A DNA stretch of 64,000 nucleotides from an uncultured Halobacteriales archaeon (GTDB taxonomy: Archaea; Halobacteriota; Halobacteria; Halobacteriales; Halalkalicoccaceae). The stretch spans positions 6,410-70,409 of the forward strand of contig CAYVQH010000001.1 in NCBI GenBank assembly GCA_964454105.1. The letters are read 5' to 3'. Shown piece after piece: positions 29,592 through 39,303 of the stretch (positions are counted from its first letter, which is position 1; every line of letters begins with the position of its first letter). The position numbers and the translations under genes are program-made. Under the pieces are notes generated by a model, which searched no databases, was not told where the DNA came from, and saw only the letters and a list, made by a program, of their open reading frames with translations.

Positions 29592-31697
29592 TCAGTTCTC
29601 CTCGCGGGCGCGTGCGATGGTCTCCTCGACGCGCTCGGCCGAGAGGGCATCAAGGGCCACGCGTTCGCCGTCGGTCATCCGCGCGATATCCCCGGCCAGC
29701 GACGTCCGATCCTCCGGATCGCCGGCGTCGACGACGATCACGTGTGCGTCCCGCTGGAGCAGTCGACCGGCAGCACGGCGGGTTTCGGCGGTCGGGCTTC
29801 CGCCGCCCGCGTTCGCATGCCCATCGGTGACGAGAACGACCACGCCGACGGCGGGATCCGCACGTTCGAGCACCTCACCGGCCGTTCGGAGCCCCGCCGG
29901 CAGCGGCGTTCGATCCGCAGTCGGCAGTTCCTTGAGATGGCGTGCAGCCATCGAGACGCTGTCGGTCGGGGGCAACAGCACCTCCCCCTCCTCACCCGCG
30001 AAGGCGACGACGCTGACTTCGTCGCGCTGCTCGTAAGCGTCCCGCAGGAGTTCCATGACCACGCCCTTGGCTGCACGCATCGGCCCGCGCATCGACGCGC
30101 TGGCGTCGAGCGCGAACACCACCAGTGCCGAGCGGTCGCCGACCCGGACCGACCGGCGCAGGTCCCGCGACTCGACCGCGTCGGTCCCGCGGGTCGCCGC
30201 CGCCCGAACGGAGGCCGCAGCATCGACCGTGTCCCCCGAATCGGCCCGCTCGGTACGGACGCGCGCACCACGGCCGCCCGCCGATGCGCTCACACGCGAT
30301 CCGGCGTCCCCGTTCGACGTCCGGTCGGGCGGATCGGGATCGACGTCCGGCGCGGCGGCCCCGCCGATACCGGCGCGCTTCCCACCGGGGATCAGGGGTG
30401 TCGCCTCCCCGGTCGCTCCATCGGACCTCCCGTGGCCGTCGCCATCGCCGGAACCATCGGTGTCGCTTCCGTCACCGTCGGCGGCGCTCTCGCCGACGGG
30501 CGTCGATGCCGCGGCACCGCCGTCCTCCGTTTCGGCATCGATCGATCGGTTTTCCGCTCCTGATCCGTCGTGGTCGTCGGTTCGATCGCTCTCCTCGCCG
30601 TCGTCGGTCGACTCCGTATCCCGATCGGGATAGTCCCCATCTCCTTCGGCGGTCTCGTCTTCGATCCCGTCGTCCCGGTCCCCGTCCTCGAAGTGCTCGT
30701 CGAGCACCGCCTCGGGGTCGGGCGCGTCCTCGAACGGATCGGACCGCAGTCGGTGGGGCAGGGCCAGCGCGGCGGCGCGACGTACGTCCGGTTCGAGCAC
30801 TCGGTGGCGGTCGTCGAGCGCGGCGAAGGTACGGGCGGCCCGCGCGGTGGCGATGTCCGCCCGATGTCCGTCGACTCCGGCATCCCGGCACAACTCGGCG
30901 ATCTCCCGCTTGGAATCCGCGGCCAGCGTCACGTCGTCCAGTCGTTCGCGCGCGACGAGAAGGCGAGTGCGGTGGCGAGCAGCGTCGCGTTCCTCCTCTC
31001 CTTTCCCGAGCGCCCGGTCGATGATCGCCATCCGCTCCGCTACGTCGTCGCTTCCTTCGACGCTCGCCCGAAGTGCGAACCGGTCGCGAAGTTGCGGGCG
31101 CAGATCACCTTCCTCGGGATTCATCGTACCGATCAGCGTGAATTCGGCAGGATGGGAGAGGCTGACGCCGTCTCGTTCGACCCGGTTGACCCCGCTCGCG
31201 GCGGCGTCGAGCAGCACGTCGACGAGGTGGTCCTCGAGCAGGTTCACCTCGTCGACGTAGAGGATCCCGCGGTTGGCCCGCGCGAGCAGGCCGGGGTCGA
31301 ACTCCGGATCGCCCGCGAGCGCTCCGTCGACCGAGAGGCTGCCGACGACGCGCTCTCGGGTGGCTCCCAGCGGGAGGGTCACCATCGGCACGGATCGGGT
31401 CTCGACCGGCGGGTCCGCCCGCCCGCGACAGTCCCCACACTGTCCGGTGGGATCGGCGGGCGGACAGCCGAAGGGACAGTCGGCGACCACCCGCTGATCC
31501 GGTAGGAGATCGACGAGCCCACGGACCGCAGTGGATTTGGCCGTCCCCTTTTCGCCCTCGATCAGGAGTCCCGAAAGCTCCTCGTTCGAGGCGATAGCCA
31601 GTAGCGCCTCCTTCAGCTCCTCCTGACCGATGATCTCGCCGAAAGACGGTTCTCCCTCGGGGAGGGACAGCTTTTTGTCGTTCGGTAGTTCAATCAT
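29592..31697 (-). CDS. chlID: ChlI/ChlD-like AAA+/VWA chelatase subunit (probable CobN partner)
   Basis: GEKGTAKS, LYVDEVNLL, TMNPEEG, acidic linker, VWA DASASM...TDG. Confidence 0.92.
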   Translation of the reverse strand: MIELPNDKKLSLPEGEPSFGEIIGQEELKEALLAIASNEELSGLLIEGEKGTAKSTAVRGLVDLLPDQRVVADCPFGCPPADPTGQCGDCRGRADPPVETRSVPMVTLPLGATRERVVGSLSVDGALAGDPEFDPGLLARANRGILYVDEVNLLEDHLVDVLLDAAASGVNRVERDGVSLSHPAEFTLIGTMNPEEGDLRPQLRDRFALRASVEGSDDVAERMAIIDRALGKGEEERDAARHRTRLLVARERLDDVTLAADSKREIAELCRDAGVDGHRADIATARAARTFAALDDRHRVLEPDVRRAAALALPHRLRSDPFEDAPDPEAVLDEHFEDGDRDDGIEDETAEGDGDYPDRDTESTDDGEESDRTDDHDGSGAENRSIDAETEDGGAAASTPVGESAADGDGSDTDGSGDGDGHGRSDGATGEATPLIPGGKRAGIGGAAAPDVDPDPPDRTSNGDAGSRVSASAGGRGARVRTERADSGDTVDAAASVRAAATRGTDAVESRDLRRSVRVGDRSALVVFALDASASMRGPMRAAKGVVMELLRDAYEQRDEVSVVAFAGEEGEVLLPPTDSVSMAARHLKELPTADRTPLPAGLRTAGEVLERADPAVGVVVLVTDGHANAGGGSPTAETRRAAGRLLQRDAHVIVVDAGDPEDRTSLAGDIARMTDGERVALDALSAERVEETIARAREEN

Positions 31698-31731
31698 ACT
31701 TGTATTAGCACAATAGAGGTTTAACAACGTT
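31698..31731. promoter_or_regulatory. 34-bp bidirectional promoter between the divergent chlID and cobN genes
   Basis: AT-rich acttgtattagcacaatagaggtttaacaacgtt between two outward-facing ATGs; contains TTGT-N6-ACAA. Confidence 0.65.
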
Positions 31732-34700
31732 ATGCCACGACTCGCCATTTACACCGCGACCGAGAACGAGCTTGGTGCCATCCAGCGTGCCACGGAGGAG
31801 GTCGACTGTAGCCTGACGGTGCGCTCGGAGGGCGATCTCGACGGGATCGACGACACCGACGCGTTCGTCGACGAGATCGTCGGCCAGGGGGACCCTAGAA
31901 GCCACGCGGAGCCCGCCGCCGCCGCGGTCTTCTGGCTCCATGGTGCCGAGGACAGCATGCCGGGTTATGACCACGCCGTCGAGCGCGTCCGCGAGGCGGG
32001 CGTTCCGCTCGTGGTGAAAGCCACCGGCGACGCCTTCGCCGCCGAGGACACGACGGTCCCCGCCGCGATCCGGGAAACGACCTCCGAGTACCTCGAACGG
32101 GGCGGGACCTCGAACGTCGCGAACCTCGTCCGATACCTGGTCGACGAGTACGGCGACGAACCCCGTGAGTACGACGATCCCGTCGCGCTGCCCACCGAGG
32201 GCATCTATCACCCGGACCTGCCGGGCGCGAGCTACGACGAGCTGCGCGCGACGCTCGATCCCGGGACGCCCACCGTCGGGGTCTGGTTCTACGAATCGCA
32301 CTGGACCCACGAGAACGTCCGCTACGTCGACGCGCTGATCCGGGCGATCGAGGCACGGGGCGCCGACGCGCTGCCGGTGTTCTGCAACCCGGCGACCGAC
32401 ACCGATGGACAGGAGGACGCCGAATGGATCGTCGACAACTGGCTTCTCGACGGCGGCGAGCCGGTCGTCGACGCGGTCTGCTCGTCGTTCATGTTCTCGC
32501 TGTCGATGGACGAGCGGGGTCGGAGCGCGAACGACGAGGGCGATGGCGCCGAGGCGGTCTTCCTCGATCGACTCGGGGTACCCGTGCTCCAGACGATCAC
32601 CACGATGCGATCCCGATCGCGCTACGAGTCGAGCGAGACGGGCGTGATGGGCTTCGAGCTCGCGCTGTCGGTCGCGCTGCCGGAGTTCGACGGCAACGTG
32701 ATCACCCATCCGATCTCGGGCAAGGAACGGACCGAGGACGCGGCGGGGATCGGCAGCGCTCCGAAACAGCACTTCCCGATCGATGACCGCGTCGAACACG
32801 CCGCCTCCCTCGCCGTGAACTGGGCCGAGCTCCGACACACGCCCAACGAGGAGAGACGGGTCGCGGTCGTGTTGCACAACTATCCGCCGAGCGACGACGG
32901 GATCGGCACCGCCTTCGGACTCGACAGTCCGGAGAGCACCGTCAACCTGCTGGAGGAACTCGACGCCCGGGGCTACGAGATGGGCGGGAGGACCCCCGAG
33001 AGCGGCGAGGGGCTGATCGACGCGCTCACCGCCCAGCTCACGCTCGACGACCGCTGGGTCGCCCCCGAGGACGTCCGCGAGCTGAGCGTCGACGTCGTCC
33101 CCTCCGAGCGGTACCGCGAGTGGTTCGGGGCGGCCGACGACCGATTTCGCGAGAACGTCCTCGAGGAGTGGGGCGAGCCCCCCGAGCGCCCGTTCGCGAT
33201 CCCGGGCGTCGAGTTCGGAAACGTCCTCGTGACGGTCCAGCCCCCGCGCGGGTTCGGAATGGACCCCTCGAAGGTCTACCACGACTCGGACTTGGAGCCG
33301 CCCCACGACTACTACGCCTTCTACGCGTGGCTCCGCGAGGAGTTCGCGGCCGACGCGGTCGTCCACCTCGGCACGCACGGCAGCCTGGAGTGGCTGCCCG
33401 GCAAAACGGTGGGACTCGATGGTGAAAGCGCGCCCGACGCGCTGATCGACGACTTGCCAAACGTCTACCCCTACATCGTCAACAACCCCGGCGAGGGCAC
33501 ACAGGCAAAGCGCCGGTCGAACGCGGCGATCGTCGACTACCTGACGCCGGTGATGGCGAATGCCGGCGCGTACGACGAAATCGGCGAACTGGAGGAGCTC
33601 GCGCGCCAGTACCGCGAGGCGGGCATGGAGGACGCCCGCGCGGACGACGGCGAGCACCTGGAGGAACAGATCCGCGAGACGGTCGACGAACTGGATCTCG
33701 CCGTCGAACTGGGGATCGAGGGTGAGATCGACGAGCGGGCCGCGGTCCGCGGTCCCGACGCGGCCGGCTCGACGCTCGCGGAGGGTACGGTGGCGGGCGA
33801 CGACGTGGACATCGAAGAATTGGTCGAGCGGATCCACGAGTACGTCACCGACGTCAAGACCACCCAGATCCGTCTGGGCCTGCATACGATGGGCGAACCA
33901 CCCGAGGACGACCGGCTCGTGGAGTACCTCGTCGCGCTCACGCGGCTGGAGAACCCCGGCGCGCCGAGCCTCCGGGAGAGCGTCGCCGGCGTCCTGGGGA
34001 TCGACTACGGACGGATGCTCGAGGCGCCCGGTGAGTACGACGAGGCGCTTGACATGACCTACGCCGAAGCCGCCGACGCGGTCCACGAGACGAGCCTCGA
34101 TCTGGTCGGGACGCTGGCCGAGCACGGCTTCGACGTCCCCGAGTCGGAACACGAAGCCGACGGCGGTGAGGAGGTCAACATGAACCTGCTGGTCGTCGAC
34201 GTCGACACGCTCGGCGAGGCCCGCGCCAAACGGGGCGCCCACGACGACCTGCGGGAGGCGCTCGCGTACGTCTGCGAGGAGGCCCAGCCCCGCGTTCAGG
34301 GCGCCGAGGCGGAGATCCCCCGGACGGCGGATGCCCTGAACGGCGAGTACGTCCCGCCCGGCGGGTCGGGCGCGCCGACCCGCGGCGGCGTCGACCTGCT
34401 GCCCACGGCGCGGAACTTCTACACGCTCGACCCGCGAAAAGTGCCCGCCAAGAGTGCCTGGAAGGTCGGACGGGAGGTCGCCGACGGCGTCGCCGAGCGC
34501 CACCGCTCGGAGGAGGGCGAGTACCCCGAGGAGGTCGGCGTCGTCGCGTGGGGAACCCCCACCGTGCGCACGCGTGGCGAGACGATCGCCCAGGTGCTCG
34601 CGCTGATGGGCGTCGAACCGCAGTGGACCGACGCCGGCCGGGTCGACGACGTCGAGGCGATCCCCCTCGACGAACTCGGGCGGCCGAGGATCGACGTCAC

Positions 34701-35700
34701 GACGCGCGTCTCGGGACTCTTCCGCGACGCCTTCCCCGCCGCGGCGGGCGTGATCCACGACGCGGTCGACTGCGTGGTCGGCCTCGACGAGCCCCACGAG
34801 ATGAACTACGTGAAGAAACACGTCGAGGAGGGGACGGAGCGTCTCCGCGAGGAGGAGGGGATGGACGCCTCGGACGCCGAGAGCGCCGCGAAACACCGCG
34901 TGTTTACCACCCGGCCGGGCGGCTACGGCGCCGGCACCAACAAGGCCGTCGACGAGGGCAACTGGAGCGAGAGGGGAGACCTCGCGGAGGTGTACGTCCA
35001 GTGGGGCGGCTACGCGATGGGCAAGCGCGGGACGGTCAGCGAGGCCCACGAGTCCTTCGAGCGCCGGCTCTCGGGGGTCGAGGCGACCGTGAAGATCGAG
35101 GACACGATGGAGCAGGACGAGTTCGACTCCTCGGACTGGTACGCGTTCCACGGCGGGTTCATCACCGCCGTCGCGGAGGTCGCCGGCGAGGAACCGGCCT
35201 CCTACGTGGGCGACTCCTCGGATCCCGACGACGTGGACGTCTACACGAACGAGGAGAAGGTCCGAAAGGCGATGCGCGCGCGTGTGCTCAACCCCCGGTG
35301 GCTCGACTCGATGGAGGAACACGGTTACAAGGGGGCGGGCGACCTCTCCCAGACCGTCGACGTGACGCTTGGCTGGGACGCGACGACCGGCGTGGTGAGC
35401 GACCGACTCTGGGAGGAGGTCGCCGGGAAGTTCGCGTTCGACGACGAGCGCCAGGAGTGGATGCGCGCGGTCAACCCCTGGGCGCTGGAGTCGATCACGG
35501 ACACGCTGCTGGAGGCGATCGACCGCGACCTGTGGGACGCGAGCGAGGAGACGCGCGAGCGATTGCAGGACCTCAACCTCGAGGTCAACGGCGACCTCGA
35601 GGCGCGGGCCACGGGCCCCGAGGGAAGCGAGGAGATCGGAGCCAGCGAGCGACAGGATGGCGGGCTCACCGACGGGGAGGTGACCGGCGATGACGACTGA
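31732..35700 (+). CDS. cobN: Cobaltochelatase subunit CobN
   Basis: ALPEFDG, HNYPP, QPPRG, HLGTHGSLEWLPGK, NNPGEG, LPTARNF, RPRIDV. Confidence 0.97.
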   Translation: MPRLAIYTATENELGAIQRATEEVDCSLTVRSEGDLDGIDDTDAFVDEIVGQGDPRSHAEPAAAAVFWLHGAEDSMPGYDHAVERVREAGVPLVVKATGDAFAAEDTTVPAAIRETTSEYLERGGTSNVANLVRYLVDEYGDEPREYDDPVALPTEGIYHPDLPGASYDELRATLDPGTPTVGVWFYESHWTHENVRYVDALIRAIEARGADALPVFCNPATDTDGQEDAEWIVDNWLLDGGEPVVDAVCSSFMFSLSMDERGRSANDEGDGAEAVFLDRLGVPVLQTITTMRSRSRYESSETGVMGFELALSVALPEFDGNVITHPISGKERTEDAAGIGSAPKQHFPIDDRVEHAASLAVNWAELRHTPNEERRVAVVLHNYPPSDDGIGTAFGLDSPESTVNLLEELDARGYEMGGRTPESGEGLIDALTAQLTLDDRWVAPEDVRELSVDVVPSERYREWFGAADDRFRENVLEEWGEPPERPFAIPGVEFGNVLVTVQPPRGFGMDPSKVYHDSDLEPPHDYYAFYAWLREEFAADAVVHLGTHGSLEWLPGKTVGLDGESAPDALIDDLPNVYPYIVNNPGEGTQAKRRSNAAIVDYLTPVMANAGAYDEIGELEELARQYREAGMEDARADDGEHLEEQIRETVDELDLAVELGIEGEIDERAAVRGPDAAGSTLAEGTVAGDDVDIEELVERIHEYVTDVKTTQIRLGLHTMGEPPEDDRLVEYLVALTRLENPGAPSLRESVAGVLGIDYGRMLEAPGEYDEALDMTYAEAADAVHETSLDLVGTLAEHGFDVPESEHEADGGEEVNMNLLVVDVDTLGEARAKRGAHDDLREALAYVCEEAQPRVQGAEAEIPRTADALNGEYVPPGGSGAPTRGGVDLLPTARNFYTLDPRKVPAKSAWKVGREVADGVAERHRSEEGEYPEEVGVVAWGTPTVRTRGETIAQVLALMGVEPQWTDAGRVDDVEAIPLDELGRPRIDVTTRVSGLFRDAFPAAAGVIHDAVDCVVGLDEPHEMNYVKKHVEEGTERLREEEGMDASDAESAAKHRVFTTRPGGYGAGTNKAVDEGNWSERGDLAEVYVQWGGYAMGKRGTVSEAHESFERRLSGVEATVKIEDTMEQDEFDSSDWYAFHGGFITAVAEVAGEEPASYVGDSSDPDDVDVYTNEEKVRKAMRARVLNPRWLDSMEEHGYKGAGDLSQTVDVTLGWDATTGVVSDRLWEEVAGKFAFDDERQEWMRAVNPWALESITDTLLEAIDRDLWDASEETRERLQDLNLEVNGDLEARATGPEGSEEIGASERQDGGLTDGEVTGDDD

Positions 35701-36406
35701 CGCGACCGAACCCACCGAGGACGGAATCGAGGAGTACGCCGACCTCGGAGCGACCACCGAGAACGCAATGGAGATCGCCGAGACGAGCATGGACATCGTT
35801 CGGGGGTTCGTCCCCGACGAGACGCTCGCCGATCGGATGCGTCAGAAGGCGGTCCACGCGACCGGTGACGTCGAGTTCCAGCACCTCGTGCGATTCACCG
35901 GCGATGCGGAGAGGGACGGGGACGAACCGGTCCGGGCCGGCGCACGCGCGGTCCGTGGAAGGCGGCCGATCGTGACCGACGTCACGATGGCGAAGGCGGG
36001 GATCACGTCCCGTGGACACGACTGCGAGATCCGAAAGGCGATCGGCAACGGCGCCGAGCTCGCCGCTGAGACGGGCATGACCCGCACCGCGGCGTCGGTG
36101 CTCGAACGCGATCGCCAGGGGGTCTACGACGGCGCAATCGCGGTCGTCGGCAACGCCCCGACCGCGGCGCTCGCGCTGGCCGACTGCATCGAGGCGGGGA
36201 CCCGTCCCGCGGTCGTCGTCGCGACGCCCGTGGGCTTCGTCAAGGCAGCCGAGAGCCGCGAGCGGATCCGCGAGGTCGGCGAGGAGTTCGGCGTGCCCGC
36301 GATCACCACCGTCGGAAACCGGGGCGGCAGCGGGCTGGCGGCGGCGCTGACGAACGAGTTGGCCCACGTCGCAACGGACGCCCGGGAGGGCGAGGTCGAA
36401 CTGTGA
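35690..36406 (+). CDS. cbiC: Precorrin-8X methylmutase
   Basis: VHATGD, TDVTM, TRTAA, GNAPTA, PVGFV, RGGS. Confidence 0.95.
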   Translation: MTTDATEPTEDGIEEYADLGATTENAMEIAETSMDIVRGFVPDETLADRMRQKAVHATGDVEFQHLVRFTGDAERDGDEPVRAGARAVRGRRPIVTDVTMAKAGITSRGHDCEIRKAIGNGAELAAETGMTRTAASVLERDRQGVYDGAIAVVGNAPTAALALADCIEAGTRPAVVVATPVGFVKAAESRERIREVGEEFGVPAITTVGNRGGSGLAAALTNELAHVATDAREGEVEL

Positions 36407-37203
36407 GTCGGAACGCCGACGACGGCGACGACCGAGAGGGTGGATACGACCTCGACTCGGGCCCTGATCCGGCGGTCCGCGCGGCTGCCAGCCCGGAGCA
36501 GAGCTCTCCCGAAGGCGAAGGCGAAGACCCCGTGTACGCCGTGGGAATCGGCCCCGGGAACCTCGAGTATCTCATCCCACGGGCCGAGCGGGCGATCCGT
36601 GAGGCCGACGTCATCGTCGGCTTCGAGACGGTCGTCGGCTGCATCGCCGACGCGACCGACGCCAATCTCCTGTCCTGCGGATACTTCGACGAGGACGAAA
36701 CCCTGGAGCGCTTCGGGGAGCGCGTCGGGGCCGGCGAGCGGGGGACGGCGGTCCTGATGGGCGATCCCAACCACTCGGGCTACCAGTTCGTCGGCAAGGT
36801 CCAGCGGGCGGTCGATCGCCCGGTGAGAATCGTACCGGGGATCTCCTCACTGCAGGTGGCCGCAAGCCGGGCCCGGACGCCGATGGAGGACTCGCGGTTC
36901 GTGACGCTACACAAGAGCGGCGGGATCGCCGACGATCTCACGGCACTGATCGAGGACGTCGGCGAACGGCACCTGCTCGTGTTGCCGCGTCCGTTCGACT
37001 GGATGCCCGAGGACGTCGCGGACCACCTGCTGGGGTCAGGCGCAACGCCGTCGCTTCCCGCGCTCGTCTGCGAGCGACTGACCCACGACGACGAGGCGAT
37101 CACGCGGACGACGCTCGCCGAACTCGCGGCCGGCGCTGGGGGATCGAGTTCGGAGGAGACGTCCTTCTCGGACCTCTCGGTGCTCGTCGTCCGCGTCGAA
37201 TGA
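36403..37203 (+). CDS. cbiE: Cobalt-precorrin-7 C5-methyltransferase
   Basis: VGIGPG, MGDPNHSG, PGISSLQ, TLH, CERL. Confidence 0.9.
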   Translation: MSRNADDGDDREGGYDLDSGPDPAVRAAASPEQSSPEGEGEDPVYAVGIGPGNLEYLIPRAERAIREADVIVGFETVVGCIADATDANLLSCGYFDEDETLERFGERVGAGERGTAVLMGDPNHSGYQFVGKVQRAVDRPVRIVPGISSLQVAASRARTPMEDSRFVTLHKSGGIADDLTALIEDVGERHLLVLPRPFDWMPEDVADHLLGSGATPSLPALVCERLTHDDEAITRTTLAELAAGAGGSSSEETSFSDLSVLVVRVE

Positions 37204-37211
37204 GGGGGTTC

Positions 37212-38003
37212 TCAACGGTACTGACCGTCGCCATCGGTGGCCAGCGGTTGTTCGTGTCTCGCTGACTGACTCCCGTCGATCGAACTCGACGATCCGTCTC
37301 CGACGTTCGTGAGTGCACGTTGTCGGGTCACCTCCCCGTGGATCGCGTCGGTGATCAGCGGGTGATCGCCGAAGGGAGCGGCATACTCGATGCCGCCGCG
37401 GTCGAGTTCGAGCTTTTCGGGGATCCGTTCGGCGGTCGTCTCGTTGCGCGTCATGAACAGCGGCACCGCGACGGCCCGATCGGTCCGAACGTTGTACCGG
37501 ACACACTCGACGGCGGGGTTCTGGAACAGATAGCAGGTGAGGACGTCCGTATATGCCGACCGCTCCCGGAGACGAGCCGCGTGGTAGTTCGCCGTCTGTC
37601 GGTGATACGGCTGGGAGCTGCTGCCGAGGCCGACGACGACGAGCGTCGTCCCCTCGGCTGTTTCGACGGAGTCGTCGGCGCGTTCGAGCAGGAGATCGGT
37701 GAGAGCAGGACTGCGCCCGATCGGTTCGCAGTACCGGACGTCGCCGGAGAGATGGCGAAGTGCATCAGGGATCGCGTCCGTCGTCTCGTGGGAGTGGGCG
37801 ACGAAGGCCGGCAGGACGAACGTCCGATCGGCCTCGACGTCCCGAAACCGATCGTGCAGTTCGACGACCGGCTCTTCCGCATAGGTCATGACCCGGACGG
37901 TATCCGCGACGTGGCGCCGCCGGAGCCGCTCGGCATGCGTTCGTAGCGTTTCGCGTTCCTGTGTCCCCTCGCGGCCGATGAGTATGAGTGCGTCGTGCGT
38001 CAT
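37212..38003 (-). CDS. cbiX: CbiX/SirB-like chelatase paralogue (degenerate)
   Basis: Two CbiX-like domains (VLPAFVA, EPIG, VPLFM, PFGDHP) but canonical GHG His motifs altered. Confidence 0.78.
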   Translation of the reverse strand: MTHDALILIGREGTQERETLRTHAERLRRRHVADTVRVMTYAEEPVVELHDRFRDVEADRTFVLPAFVAHSHETTDAIPDALRHLSGDVRYCEPIGRSPALTDLLLERADDSVETAEGTTLVVVGLGSSSQPYHRQTANYHAARLRERSAYTDVLTCYLFQNPAVECVRYNVRTDRAVAVPLFMTRNETTAERIPEKLELDRGGIEYAAPFGDHPLITDAIHGEVTRQRALTNVGDGSSSSIDGSQSARHEQPLATDGDGQYR

Positions 38004-38292
38004 GGACCTGCCACCGTTTACAATTTTAGTTTACTTATACCAAGTAAACTTGAACATGGCTTCGACCGAGAGGGGCAAATAAGTTTGGGTCGCTTCGAAT
38101 GAGTCGAACCTGAACGAACCGAACGGAGGCGTCGGTGCATCAAGCCAACGGATACGAGCGAAAACGGGTTCTCCACCGACTAATTAAAGTGTAGTTGTGG
38201 AGTACACAACCCATGATGTGTAGATCGGCGCCGGCGAGGGAGGGTACCGATACGGCGTTCGACGGTTCGGCGACTGGAGCGGGGGTCGGCGG

Positions 38293-39303
38293 ATGAGAAT
38301 GGTACTAGTCGGCGGAAACACCCTGACGGCGGGCATCGAGGGGATCAGCGCCGTGGGGGCGGATCGGGAAGCGATGTGTCACACGCCGAGCGCGGACCTC
38401 GAAATCCTCGAGTACGGTGGGGTGGTGCTCGCCCCGTCCGTCCCGATTGCGCCGTCGGGCTGTCCGACTCCGGCCGTCGTGACCCGCGCGGTTCGCGAAC
38501 TGCTCGAGTTCGAGGTGACCGCCTTCGACGCGGGGCTCGCACGGGAGACCGGCGCGCCGACCGTCACCCTCGGTGACGGGCCGGGTGACGACATTCGATC
38601 GGAAGAGCCGGTCGCGAACGCCCAAGCAGTGTTTGCGGCCGCCCGCAGAGTGGGACGACGCCTCCCGGAGGACGAGGTCGTGATCGGCGAGACGATCCCG
38701 GGAGGGACGACCACCGCAATGGCGGTGTTGACGGCGCTCGGCGAGCATGCTGCCGTCTCCTCGTCGCTCCCGAAGAACCCGCTCGCGCTGAAAAGCGAGG
38801 TCGTCGAGTCGGCGTTGGCGACAAGCGGACTTGATCCCGGCGACGCCGCGGGCGATCCCGTCGAGGCGGTTCGTCGCGTCGGTGATCCCGTCCTGGCAGC
38901 GCTCGCCGGGCTGGTCGTCGGCGCGAGCGCCGCCGGAATCGACGTGACGTTCGGCGGCGGGACACAGCTCGCCGCGGCCGCTGCGTTGGCCCGCCACGCC
39001 GGCGTGAACGCACCCCTCACGATCGCGACCACGCCCTTCGTCGCGGAGGACGACAGCGCGTCGATCGAACGGCTCGCGACGGATCTCGATCTGGAACTTC
39101 GTGTGACCGATCCCGGATTCGACGGCCGCTCACAGCCGGCGATGGCGGCCTATACCGCCGGTGAGGCCAAGGAGGGTGTCGGCATGGGCGGGGCGCTCCT
39201 GCTCGCAAGGCGGGCGGACGTGGCGATGGCGACGGTCCGCGAGCGACTGGTGGCGGTCTACGACCGGCTGGCGGAGCCGGGGGTGGAGGTGTCCCATCCA
39301 TGA
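38293..39303 (+). CDS. cobT: Nicotinate-nucleotide--dimethylbenzimidazole phosphoribosyltransferase (archaeal type)
   Basis: [37 protein letters not shown]. Confidence 0.92.
   Translation: MRMVLVGGNTLTAGIEGISAVGADREAMCHTPSADLEILEYGGVVLAPSVPIAPSGCPTPAVVTRAVRELLEFEVTAFDAGLARETGAPTVTLGDGPGDDIRSEEPVANAQAVFAAARRVGRRLPEDEVVIGETIPGGTTTAMAVLTALGEHAAVSSSLPKNPLALKSEVVESALATSGLDPGDAAGDPVEAVRRVGDPVLAALAGLVVGASAAGIDVTFGGGTQLAAAAALARHAGVNAPLTIATTPFVAEDDSASIERLATDLDLELRVTDPGFDGRSQPAMAAYTAGEAKEGVGMGGALLLARRADVAMATVRERLVAVYDRLAEPGVEVSHP

Noticed and set aside
31705-35796. 1363-aa minus-strand ORF
   Set aside because: Antisense shadow of cobN caused by high-GC codon bias; no motifs. The same applies to the many other Arg/Ala-rich overlapping ORFs in the track.
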